From positions 5,120 to 69,119 of the forward strand of contig CALSLK010000031.1 of the NCBI GenBank assembly GCA_943787175.1: 64,000 bases of DNA, in the 5' to 3' direction. The notes beneath the pieces are model-generated. The model did not search any database, was not told the origin of the DNA, and saw nothing but the letters and a program-made list of their open reading frames with translations. Below are positions 1 through 8,721 of the stretch, in pieces (positions within the stretch are counted from its first letter, which is position 1; each line of letters starts with the position of its first letter). The position numbers were made by a program, and so were the translations under genes. The stretch comes from an uncultured Alphaproteobacteria bacterium (GTDB lineage: Bacteria; Pseudomonadota; Alphaproteobacteria; SP197).

Positions 1-1001
1 TCACCATCGACATCACGACCGAGCCTCTCGGGACCGGAAGCGATGGCGAGCCGATCTACCTGCGCGATATCTGGCCCAGCAATGCCGAGGTTGAGGCAAC
101 CATCCGCAGCGCGCTGGCCCCTGATATGTTCGAGCGCCGTTACTCCGATGTGTTTTCGGGCGACGAGGACTGGCAGGCCATCGAAATTCCCGAGGAGCGG
201 ATCTATTCCTGGGATTCAACCAGTACCTACATCCAGCGCCCGCCGTTCTTTGACGGCATGCCGAAAACGGCGCCTGAGCAGGCCCAGGATATTACCGGTG
301 CCCGTGATCTTGCCCTTCTGGGCGACAGCATCACGACGGACCATATCTCTCCAGCCGGTGGCATCGCCAAGTCCAGCCCTGCGGCGGCCTATCTGATGGA
401 TCGCCAGGTCGGTCAGCGTGACTTCAACAGCTATGGCTCACGCCGTGGCAACCACGAAGTCATGATGCGCGGCACCTTTGCCAACATCCGGCTCAAGAAC
501 GAATTGGCGCCAGGCACTGAAGGCGGCGTGACCCGTCACATGCCTTCGGGCGATCCGATGTCGATCTATGACGCGGCCATGCGCTATCAGGACGAGGGTG
601 TGCCGCTCGTGATCGTTGCCGGCAAGGAATACGGCACCGGCTCATCGCGTGACTGGGCGGCCAAGGGCACGATCCTGCTGGGCGTGAAGGCCGTCATTGC
701 CGAGAGTTACGAGCGTATCCATCGCTCCAACCTGATCGGCATGGGCGTCCTGCCGCTGCAGTTCAAGGATGGCCAGAATCGCAACAGCCTGCATCTCGAC
801 GGCAGTGAAACCTGGGACATCACCGGCCTGACCGACGGCATCACCCCTGGTATGGACGTTCATGCCACGGTCCATCGTGCTGATGGCTCATCCGAAGATG
901 TGGTCCTGCTCTGCCGCATCGATACCGGCAACGAGGTCGCCTATTACCTCAACGGCGGCATCCTGCATTATGTCCTGCGCCAGGCCGCCGGAACGGCCTG
1001 A
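1..1001 (+). CDS. acnA: Aconitate hydratase A, C-terminal part (5' end outside window)
   Basis: Frame is open from position 3 (IYLRDIWPS...). Motifs [66 protein letters not shown]. Confidence 0.97.
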   Translation, partial: TIDITTEPLGTGSDGEPIYLRDIWPSNAEVEATIRSALAPDMFERRYSDVFSGDEDWQAIEIPEERIYSWDSTSTYIQRPPFFDGMPKTAPEQAQDITGARDLALLGDSITTDHISPAGGIAKSSPAAAYLMDRQVGQRDFNSYGSRRGNHEVMMRGTFANIRLKNELAPGTEGGVTRHMPSGDPMSIYDAAMRYQDEGVPLVIVAGKEYGTGSSRDWAAKGTILLGVKAVIAESYERIHRSNLIGMGVLPLQFKDGQNRNSLHLDGSETWDITGLTDGITPGMDVHATVHRADGSSEDVVLLCRIDTGNEVAYYLNGGILHYVLRQAAGTA

Positions 1002-1072
1002 GGGTTTCTATTCGGCTGCTAGGTTGGGTAGGTACCATGCTCTGTGAATCCGTCCGCGGGTAGACGGTGGCG

Positions 1073-1174
1073 CATGGATCGTCGAATCAAGTTCGACGAT
1101 GACTCAACATGATTGAGACGCCCGTGCTTTGGCCACTCCCATTGTCATCATCGGACTTGATCCGACGACCCATG
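1073..1174. repeat. Inverted pair of REP-like palindromic units between convergent genes
   Basis: CATGGATCGTCGAATCAAGTTCGACGATGAC (1073-1103) is the near-perfect reverse complement of GTCATCATCGGACTTGATCCGACGACCCATG (1144-1174). Each unit is itself a hairpin. Confidence 0.75.
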
Positions 1175-1261
1175 CACGGTCGCCCGAAAGCAGCGACAGC
1201 CAGGCTCAAGAGCACCTTTTTTCATGCTGAAAGATATCGAATCCAATATCGATGAAGCCCC

Positions 1262-2431
1262 TCAGGGGATCGTCTTGTCGAGGCCTCGGGGGATGCGCTT
1301 TTCCGGGTCGTAGAACGGCAGGCTGACAACCCTGCACTCAGACATGTTGCCATCGCCTGTCACCAGAGACAGCGTGCGGCCTTCCCAGTCGCCGGGCTGA
1401 TCAAAACGGACATAGCCGATGCCGCATTTCTGATAGGGCGAATAGGCCCCGGCAGAGATGCGGCCCACCGTGTCATCGCCATCCCTGACGGCGTCGCTGG
1501 AATCAGGCGTCGCACCCTCACAGGTGATGCCATAAAGCAGGGTGTCCCTGTCGGTGATCGCCAGCAATGCGTCACGGCCCACGAAGTCATCGTCCCTGTC
1601 GAGATCGACGAAGGAGCCCAGGCCCGCCTGCCAGGGGTTCATATCGGGATCGATGTCGGTGATGTTGTCGAGGATGCCGGCTTCGATCCGACGGATTTCG
1701 AGGGCATTGGCTGAGGTCGTGACCATGCCGAGTGGCATACCTGCCGCCACCAGGTGATCCCAAAGCCTGGCGCAATCAGTCTTGTCCCATTCGACATAGA
1801 ACTCATAGCCCAGTTCGGCGGTCCAGCCCGTGCGCGAGACATAGACCTGTTGGCCGCCGATATCGAAGTAGCCCGCGTGGAAATATTTGACGCTGTCGTC
1901 GATCGCGCCGCTCGATGCGGTACGTACGATCTCGGGCGAGGCGGGTCCCTGGACCTGCAGCACGCGGGCATGGGGGTCGCTCACCTTCGCGTCGAAGCCG
2001 CCGATATGGGCCAGAAGCCAGGTTTCCAGGTCACCGTCGGGCTGGACGTACCAGAACCTGTCTTCGGCCAGGCGGAACAGAACGCCATCCATGAAGATGC
2101 CGCCATCATGGGTGCAGGCAATGGCATAGCGCCCGCGTCCTTCCTTCAGGTTGGCGACACGGCGGGCAAAGACGTATTCCAGGAACGCGGCAGCATCCGG
2201 ACCAGAAATCTCGACGGGACGTTCCGGCACATCGACCATGATCGCCTTGCGACGCAGTGCCCAATAGGTGTCCTCGACATTGGCGCCGTTTGAGACGGTG
2301 TAGAAACGCCCGGCATAAACGCCAAACACCATGTCAGGTGTCGAATGGCAGTCGAAAAAGGGGGACCGCTCGAAACGGCGCCCGCTGATGTTCAGGGTGT
2401 TGGACGTGTCGGCGTGGACCGAGGTACTCAT
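1262..2431 (-). CDS. GcvT/DmdA-family aminomethyltransferase (THF-dependent demethylase-like)
   Basis: VEISGPDAAAFL, GGIFMDGVLFRL, VSRTGWTAELGYE, RRIEAGI, C-terminal LPFYDPEK. Start taken at ATG 2431. Confidence 0.85.
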   Translation of the reverse strand: MSTSVHADTSNTLNISGRRFERSPFFDCHSTPDMVFGVYAGRFYTVSNGANVEDTYWALRRKAIMVDVPERPVEISGPDAAAFLEYVFARRVANLKEGRGRYAIACTHDGGIFMDGVLFRLAEDRFWYVQPDGDLETWLLAHIGGFDAKVSDPHARVLQVQGPASPEIVRTASSGAIDDSVKYFHAGYFDIGGQQVYVSRTGWTAELGYEFYVEWDKTDCARLWDHLVAAGMPLGMVTTSANALEIRRIEAGILDNITDIDPDMNPWQAGLGSFVDLDRDDDFVGRDALLAITDRDTLLYGITCEGATPDSSDAVRDGDDTVGRISAGAYSPYQKCGIGYVRFDQPGDWEGRTLSLVTGDGNMSECRVVSLPFYDPEKRIPRGLDKTIP

Positions 2432-2510
2432 GGCGAGGGTTCCAATCTTCAGATTTAGTGAATAATAGCCCACAAATCTGGCTGAAAAATTCATATGATC
2501 TGAGGCAGAT

Positions 2511-2528
2511 AGTTAGATAAACTTAACT
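2511..2528. promoter_or_regulatory. Probable LysR-type binding site
   Basis: AT-rich inverted repeat AGTTA-N8-TAACT immediately before the LysR start codon, between divergent genes. Confidence 0.5.
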
Positions 2529-2530
2529 CT

Positions 2531-3454
2531 ATGACGACCTGGCTCCCCTCTCTCAACGCCCTGCGGGCTTTCGAAGCGACCGCGCGGCACCTCAGCTACC
2601 GCCGCGCGGCCGAGGAGCTCCACGTCAGCCCGGCTGCCGTGAAACAGCTTGTCGCCAAGCTGGAGCAGGCTATGGGAACACCGTTGCTGGTCCGGCGCGG
2701 GCGCGGTCTTGCGTTGACCCAGGCCGGTGTCGAGGGCAGCCAGCGTCTGGCCCCAGCATTTCGTGACATTGCCGGTGCGGTCGAAGCCATGCGCGTTGCC
2801 GAACAACGCCGGCGTTTGATCCTTTCGGTTGAACCCTCCTTTGCGACAGCCTGGCTTGTGCCCAGGCTTGACGATTTCAGGCAGCGCTACCCGGGCGTTG
2901 ATGTGCTGGTCGACTCGTCCCTGCACATGGTCGATGTCGAGCGGGGCGCTGCCGACCTGGCGATCCGCTTCTGGAACGGCTCCGATGATGGTCTTGTCAT
3001 GCACAGGCTGTTCGATGAAGAACTCTGTGCATTCTGCAGCCCATCGCTGGTTGAAGGTGATGCTGGTATCAGCAGCCTCGGTGATCTCGAACAGACAACG
3101 CTCCTGCATTGGGACCTCACAGACATGCCGTGGGCCCATGCGACACGTTTTTGGGTGGGCTGGACGCCATGGCTTGCCCGGATTGGTGCTGAACGCATTA
3201 AACCCGGCGAAGGGCTGCGCTTCAGCGACTACAACATGGCAGTCCAGGCAGCGATTGCAGGCCAGGGTGTCATTCTGGGCAGTGGGCCGGTGTTCAGGGA
3301 CCTCGTCGCTTCAGGCCTTCTTGTCTCGCCCTTCCGCGAGAAGGTCGTGACCGATATCGGCTATGACCTGCTGGCAAGCGAGCGCAGTCTTGAACGTGAG
3401 GAAGTTCGCAATTTTCGCGACTGGATCATCGAGACTGCTCAGCCGTCGCGCTGA
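2531..3454 (+). CDS. LysR-family regulator, GcvA-like
   Basis: N-terminal LPSLNALRAFEATARHLSYRRAAEELHVSPAAV helix-turn-helix; WLVPRL; AVQAAIAGQGV. Confidence 0.93.
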   Translation: MTTWLPSLNALRAFEATARHLSYRRAAEELHVSPAAVKQLVAKLEQAMGTPLLVRRGRGLALTQAGVEGSQRLAPAFRDIAGAVEAMRVAEQRRRLILSVEPSFATAWLVPRLDDFRQRYPGVDVLVDSSLHMVDVERGAADLAIRFWNGSDDGLVMHRLFDEELCAFCSPSLVEGDAGISSLGDLEQTTLLHWDLTDMPWAHATRFWVGWTPWLARIGAERIKPGEGLRFSDYNMAVQAAIAGQGVILGSGPVFRDLVASGLLVSPFREKVVTDIGYDLLASERSLEREEVRNFRDWIIETAQPSR

Positions 3455-3461
3455 TTCCGTT

Positions 3462-3905
3462 TCAGACATCAAGCCATTTCAGGTCGTGCCAGCTCGTCTT
3501 TTGCCAGGTTTCGGTGTCGCGGGCATCAGCATCGCCCTGGGGCAGGTCGTACCAGGCTCCGGCCTCGTCGGTGTAGATGTGGACGGCAACGTGCAGGGCA
3601 GGTGCCGTATCAAACGAACCAACGGCAATGCCGGTCGGGTGTTCTTTCCCGTGATCAAAGAACAGGGTTGATCCGCACAGCTTGCAGAAGCCGCGGTTGA
3701 GCGCGCCACCGTGGCTGTACCACGCAAGGCCGCGATCATCGGTGACCTTGAGTTTCCCGGGTTTGGCAGCGGTCGCGGTGACATGGTTGCTGCTGGCCTG
3801 TTGGCATTCGCGGCAATGGCAGGCAATCACCTCGCGCAGCGGCCCGGTCACCTCGTAACGCACGCCACTGCACATGCAGCCGCCGGAATGCTTGTGATGC
3901 TCCAT
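3462..3905 (-). CDS. GFA (glutathione-dependent formaldehyde-activating/CENP-V) family protein
   Basis: GGCMCSGVRY, CHCRECQ and RGFCKLCGSTLF zinc-binding pattern. Confidence 0.9.
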   Translation of the reverse strand: MEHHKHSGGCMCSGVRYEVTGPLREVIACHCRECQQASSNHVTATAAKPGKLKVTDDRGLAWYSHGGALNRGFCKLCGSTLFFDHGKEHPTGIAVGSFDTAPALHVAVHIYTDEAGAWYDLPQGDADARDTETWQKTSWHDLKWLDV

Positions 3906-4005
3906 GTTAGTCCTCCTGTGTCTGTGAGCTCATGTTCGCCCTGAATATCCCGACACTCGCCAAGTCCGGTCCACTCGGCCATGATCCCCGAACCATTTTT
4001 GGAGA

Positions 4006-4485
4006 GTGTTGATGGCGATTGTACTGCTGACCCTGGTGACGCTGGCCTATGCCGGCTACAACCTGTTTGTGAAAGTTGCGGGTGATCATGCACCGGCTGA
4101 GGCGACCACCACAGTTCTCGCCACCATGGTCCTGCAGATCGGCGCGATCGCAACGTCGACCGCCTTTCTCATCTTCCTGAGTGTTCAGGGCGGTCATGTC
4201 TTCAAACTCTCGACACCAACCTATGTCTACGCGCTGATCGCAGGCGTCTGCATCGGCACTGCAGAGATTGGCTATCTCTACATTTTCGGCGGTGTCGGCG
4301 GCATCAAGCCGTTACCCGGCAGCCTGGTCATTCCCACAGTTGTGACCGGCACCATCGTGATCACGCTCATCGTCTCCTGGCTCGTCTTCAAGGAGCATCT
4401 CTCGATGATGCAGCTCTTCGGCGCAGCCATGATCGTGGGCGGCATCGCCGTCCTCTTTGCCGGCCACAAAGGTCATGTCGCCTGA
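4006..4485 (+). CDS. Small DMT/EamA-like membrane protein
   Basis: About 5 hydrophobic segments; C-terminal VSWLVFKEHLSMMQLFGAAMIVGG. GGAG RBS upstream. Confidence 0.7.
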   Translation: MLMAIVLLTLVTLAYAGYNLFVKVAGDHAPAEATTTVLATMVLQIGAIATSTAFLIFLSVQGGHVFKLSTPTYVYALIAGVCIGTAEIGYLYIFGGVGGIKPLPGSLVIPTVVTGTIVITLIVSWLVFKEHLSMMQLFGAAMIVGGIAVLFAGHKGHVA

Positions 4486-4503
4486 GTGCGTCCGCCCGGC
4501 AAA

Positions 4504-5700
4504 TCAGTCCTGTTCCATGACCTCATCGCGATGGCCGATCTTGCCTTCCACGACCATGGTGCCCAGGGCATCCAGGATGACGCGGCAAGCCAGCTGCGCG
4601 GTGTTGTCGTTGACGTCATAGGGTGGTGAGACCTCCACGACTTCCAGGCCGCACAGGCCTTCGCGGGAAATCAGACGCACCATTTCCAGCGCTTCGCGCG
4701 GCGTAAAGCCGCCGGGCTCGGGCGTTCCGGTGCCTGGTGCAAAGCCTGGATCAATGGAATCGATGTCAAACGAGAGATAGACCGCCTTGGCGTCTTTCCA
4801 GGCCAGTTCCAGGGCCATCTCGGCGCACTTCTTGGTGCCCATCTCTTCGAAATCGGCCATGGTGATGACACTGGTGCCGCGCTCGTTGGCAACCTCGACG
4901 CCACGGCGCGATCCGTACCAGCCACCAATACCGATCTGCACCAGATTTTTGGGCGGACAGTTGGCCAGGCCAACATCATGCATATGCGTATGAGCATGGT
5001 GCGATGCGCTGCGATCGACACTCTCATGGCCGTTCGAGGTCCAGTACCACGGCGTCGTGTGCATCCTCTCGTCCATATCCATGTCGGCCATGTCGATATG
5101 ACGGTCAAAATGGATGATGCCGACATTGCCGTCGATATGAGGGGCGATGCCGCGCACGTTGGGATAACCAAGGCTGTGATCGCCACCGACCAGGATGGGG
5201 AAGGCGCCTGAGGTATAGACGTGCGAGACGGCCATACTGACCTGATCGAACGACTTTTCGATGTTGCCTGGAATGACGAAGATGTCACCGGCATCGCAGA
5301 TATCGAGCTCCTCGGGCAGATCGACGCCGCCATCGACGGAATAGCCGTCATAAACCGCTGAGATGCGTCGTACTGCCTGGGGCCCGAAACGGGTACCCGG
5401 CCGATAGGTCGTGCCGGTATCGAAGGGCACGCCGACAAAAGCGGCTTCGTAGTTGCCGACCTTCTTGATGTCTTCGCAGTAAGGCGCCTTCATGAAGGTG
5501 TTGATGCCGGCAAAGGCGGGCAGGTGGCCGCGACTGAACAGAGAGATCGAGCGATCATTGATTGAGGGTGCTGCTTCCAGACCCAGTTCCAGACCGCGTT
5601 CGATCTCTTCTTCCTGCTTGGTCTGGGAAATCTTGCGCAGGCGTTTCATGTTCCGATTGCCTCGGAGTTCGCCGGTCTTTGGATCGGGCATCTTGTTCAC
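4504..5700 (-). CDS. Ureohydrolase (arginase/agmatinase family), guanidine hydrolase GdmH-like
   Basis: GGDHS, HFDRHID, SFDIDSIDPGFAPGTG, VEVSPPYD. The N-terminal GLEAAPSINDRSISLFSRGHLPAFAGINTFMKAPY and DERMHT resemble my recollection of Synechocystis GdmH (Sll1077). Confidence 0.8.
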   Translation of the reverse strand: MNKMPDPKTGELRGNRNMKRLRKISQTKQEEEIERGLELGLEAAPSINDRSISLFSRGHLPAFAGINTFMKAPYCEDIKKVGNYEAAFVGVPFDTGTTYRPGTRFGPQAVRRISAVYDGYSVDGGVDLPEELDICDAGDIFVIPGNIEKSFDQVSMAVSHVYTSGAFPILVGGDHSLGYPNVRGIAPHIDGNVGIIHFDRHIDMADMDMDERMHTTPWYWTSNGHESVDRSASHHAHTHMHDVGLANCPPKNLVQIGIGGWYGSRRGVEVANERGTSVITMADFEEMGTKKCAEMALELAWKDAKAVYLSFDIDSIDPGFAPGTGTPEPGGFTPREALEMVRLISREGLCGLEVVEVSPPYDVNDNTAQLACRVILDALGTMVVEGKIGHRDEVMEQD

Positions 5701-5858
5701 CTAACGCGCTGCAGTTAATGGAAATGGAGGCTTGGGCTGCCCCACAGAATATCTGGGAAAAAAGATAGGCACGTGCCCTGGATGCGTCAACTTGGCCCAC
5801 GTTCATTCCAGTGACGGGGATCATGTCCCAACGGCCGCAGCCCATGTTACAAAACGAC

Positions 5859-7043
5859 ATGAATATGCCCTCGACAGAGTCGGCCAACGGCCCCTTCCTT
5901 GAGCCAAAAGCGCGCCACCACGCCTTTGACATTCCCGGTTGGTTGCGTGTTGCGCGCGATCATCACGAGGGCGGCACGTTCGGCGTGGTGCGCGATATCG
6001 CGACCCTGGCGTTCGGGCCGGGCAAGCTGAAGCCTTATGAATACTTCTTCATGGGGCTTTACGAAGGCGATCGCATCGATGCCGCAGAGCGCAGGCGTTT
6101 CATGGGGGATCGCGCACGGGTGGTCCTGCACAAGGAAGCCATTGAATCCGAATGGCTGGCCGTGACCTATGACAAGCTTCTCTTCCTGCTTGCCATGCGT
6201 GGTCAGGGACTGCCGGTGCCTGACGTGCGCGCCATCTACCATCCCGGCCGTAACTTTGCCGATGCTGCATGCCTGGCTGACACAGATGCCGTGGCCAGGT
6301 GGCTGCGTGATGATGCTGTCTATCCGTTCTTTTCCAAACCGGTAGAAAGCACCGGCAGTGCGGGAACCGCTTCTATCGAGTCGTTTGATAGTGCGACCGA
6401 TGAGCTTGTCGCAGCCGACGGGCGCAGGGTTTCTGTCGAACAGTTTTCCCGTGAAGTCGGGCGTTATCACGAACGTGGTTATCTGTTCCAGGAACGCATC
6501 GCAACGCATCCAGAGATCGCGCCGGTCTGCGGCATGGGCGTTTCGGCCTGCCGGATGCTGGTGCGCATGGATGACGGAAAACCTGTCTTGCACCGCGCGA
6601 CCTGGAAGATTCCGGCCGGCGTCAACATGGCCGACAACTTCTGGCGCGATGGCAACATGCTGGGCGCGCTTGACCCTGAAACCGGGGAAGTTACCCGCGT
6701 TGTGCGCGGCATTGCCGTTGATGCGGTGGAGGTCGACACCCATCCAGACACCGGAAAGGCCCTGAAGGGCTACCGCCTGCCCGAGTGGGAGGCCCTGAAG
6801 GAAACCTGCCTGAAGGCCGCGGCGACCTTCCCGCCGCTCTGGCTCCAGGGCTGGGACGTCGCCCTGTCGGATCGCGGCCCCGTGCTCTTCGAGGTCGAGG
6901 GTGATGGCGGTGGTGCACAGATGACCCAGCACGCCCAGGGGCGCGGTCTTCTGGACGACGACTTCGTCGCCTTTCTGGAACGCTGGAAAAAGTCAGCAGG
7001 TGATCGCCGCCAGCGCCTCACGGGAAACCGCAAGAAACGTTAG
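5859..7043 (+). CDS. Sugar-transfer-associated ATP-grasp family protein
   Basis: YDKLLF, FFSKP, YLFQERI, ADNF...G, THPDTG, GWDVALSDRGPVLFEVE. Start uncertain (5811-5865). Confidence 0.75.
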   Translation: MNMPSTESANGPFLEPKARHHAFDIPGWLRVARDHHEGGTFGVVRDIATLAFGPGKLKPYEYFFMGLYEGDRIDAAERRRFMGDRARVVLHKEAIESEWLAVTYDKLLFLLAMRGQGLPVPDVRAIYHPGRNFADAACLADTDAVARWLRDDAVYPFFSKPVESTGSAGTASIESFDSATDELVAADGRRVSVEQFSREVGRYHERGYLFQERIATHPEIAPVCGMGVSACRMLVRMDDGKPVLHRATWKIPAGVNMADNFWRDGNMLGALDPETGEVTRVVRGIAVDAVEVDTHPDTGKALKGYRLPEWEALKETCLKAAATFPPLWLQGWDVALSDRGPVLFEVEGDGGGAQMTQHAQGRGLLDDDFVAFLERWKKSAGDRRQRLTGNRKKR

Positions 7044-7070
7044 GGCTGCCGGTTGCTGCCTAACCTAACG

Positions 7071-7172
7071 GTGTCATCCCGGCCTTGAGCCGGGATCTCG
7101 GTCCGCACGTTGCTTTTGAAACGCGTCATGACGAGATCCCGGATATTCGCTGCGCGAATTCCGGGATGACAC
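7071..7172. repeat. REP/REPIN-like element, copy 1 (GTGTCATCCCGG...CCGGGATGACAC)
   Basis: 12-bp terminal inverted repeats and two internal hairpins. Core GATCTCGGTCCGCACGTTGCTTTTGAAACGCGTCATGACGAGATC is shared with 50708-50816. Confidence 0.85.
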
Positions 7173-7230
7173 AGTTGTTGAAGTGCCGGTTTGAGCGTTC
7201 AGGAATCAGGCGACCGACAAACCGGTCAGC

Positions 7231-7635
7231 TCAGCCTTTCTTCGACGGTTTCTCGCCAACCGGTCCATCAGCCTTCTTCCAGCCTCCGAAGCCGCCTTCG
7301 ATATGGGCAACCGGTTCCAGGCCCATGTCCTGCACTGCCTTGGTTGCGAGTGCCGAGCGCCAGGCCGACGCGCAATAGAAGACAAAGGTCTTGCCGCTGG
7401 CAAAGACCTCCTTGTGGTAGGGGCTTTCGGGATCAACCCAGAATTCCAGCATGCCGCGGGGCGCATGCATGGCGCCGGGGATCATGCCGTCGCGTTCGAG
7501 TTCACGCACATCGCGGATATCGACAAAGACGGTGTTGTCATCGCCAAGCATCCCTTTGGCTTCCTCAACGGGGATCGTGCGGATCTCCTCATTGGCTGCT
7601 GCAACCATCTCCTTGACCGTTGTTTTAAGCGCCAT
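7231..7635 (-). CDS. Rhodanese-like single-domain protein
   Basis: FVDIRDVRELERDGMIPGAMHAPRGMLEFW, active-site VFYCASAWRS, HIEGGFGGW. Confidence 0.88.
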   Translation of the reverse strand: MALKTTVKEMVAAANEEIRTIPVEEAKGMLGDDNTVFVDIRDVRELERDGMIPGAMHAPRGMLEFWVDPESPYHKEVFASGKTFVFYCASAWRSALATKAVQDMGLEPVAHIEGGFGGWKKADGPVGEKPSKKG

Positions 7636-7734
7636 ACTGCGTTCTCCGTGTTTGTTCCTGCCAGAGATTAGCATTGCTTGCGCGCTCTGGGGCAGCGTGT
7701 GAGATAAGGATTGCTGATTTTGGGAGACGTTTGC

Positions 7735-8703
7735 TTGAACAAGACGGTTCTGGTCACCGGAGGTGCTGGTTACGTTGGCAGTCATGCCTGCAAGGCGCTT
7801 GCGGCATCAGGCTACGTTCCCGTGGTTTACGACAATCTGTCGACTGGTCATGCCGACCTTGTTCAATGGGGCGCATTGGAGGTCGGCGATATCCTTGACT
7901 CCGAACGCCTTGATGCCGTGCTTGAACAACACAAGCCGCGCGCAGTGCTCCATTTCGCCGCGCTCAGTATCGTTGGTGAATCCGTTGCCAAGCCGGATCT
8001 CTACCATCGCAACAATGTCGAGGGTTCGCGTTGCCTGATCCAGGCCATGGCCCGTCACAACATCGGGCCAATCGTGTTTTCCAGCACGGCAGCGGTCTAT
8101 GGCGTGCCTGCAGCGGTTCCTATCACCGAAGAGATGAGCAAACAGCCGATCAATCCCTATGGGGAGACCAAGGCCGCGATTGAGGATGAACTCGCCTGCT
8201 CCGGTCTGGCATGGACGGCGCTGCGTTACTTCAACGCGTCCGGTGCGGATGCCCAGGGACAGACTGGCGAGCATCACACACCAGAATCCCATCTGATCCC
8301 TCTGGTGCTTGATGTCGCCCTGGGACGTCGCGAGACCATCAGCATCTTCGGGGATGATTACGAAACGCCCGATGGCACCTGTCTGCGCGACTACATCCAC
8401 GTCACCGACCTTGCCGATGCCCATGTCAGGGCACTCGCGCGGTTGCTCGATGGCGGGGAGTCCGGGCCGTTTAATCTGGGCACCGGCATTGGCACGTCGG
8501 TGCGCGAAATTGTCGAGACGGCGCGGGGCGTGACCGGCCATGCAATCCCCACGACCATGTCGGAACGCCGCGTTGGCGACCCGCCAGTGCTGGTCTGTTC
8601 CAATGCAGCGGCTAGCCGTGCACTTGGTTGGCGGCCGACACGGGGAATCGAGACTCAAATTTCTGATGCCTGGCGCTGGCACAAGGCGCGATTTGGTTCA
8701 TGA
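7735..8703 (+). CDS. galE: UDP-glucose 4-epimerase
   Basis: VTGGAGYVGSH, FSSTAAVYG, NPYGETK, LRYFNASG, DGTCLRDYIHVTDLADAH. TTG start after GGAGA. Confidence 0.92.
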   Translation: MNKTVLVTGGAGYVGSHACKALAASGYVPVVYDNLSTGHADLVQWGALEVGDILDSERLDAVLEQHKPRAVLHFAALSIVGESVAKPDLYHRNNVEGSRCLIQAMARHNIGPIVFSSTAAVYGVPAAVPITEEMSKQPINPYGETKAAIEDELACSGLAWTALRYFNASGADAQGQTGEHHTPESHLIPLVLDVALGRRETISIFGDDYETPDGTCLRDYIHVTDLADAHVRALARLLDGGESGPFNLGTGIGTSVREIVETARGVTGHAIPTTMSERRVGDPPVLVCSNAAASRALGWRPTRGIETQISDAWRWHKARFGS

Positions 8704-8721
8704 ACAACAAGAGGTCCTGGG

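Noticed and set aside
5701-5860. Guanidine riboswitch upstream of the GdmH-like gene
   Set aside because: No twin ACGR hairpins or ykkC-type conserved blocks are recognisable on the minus strand.
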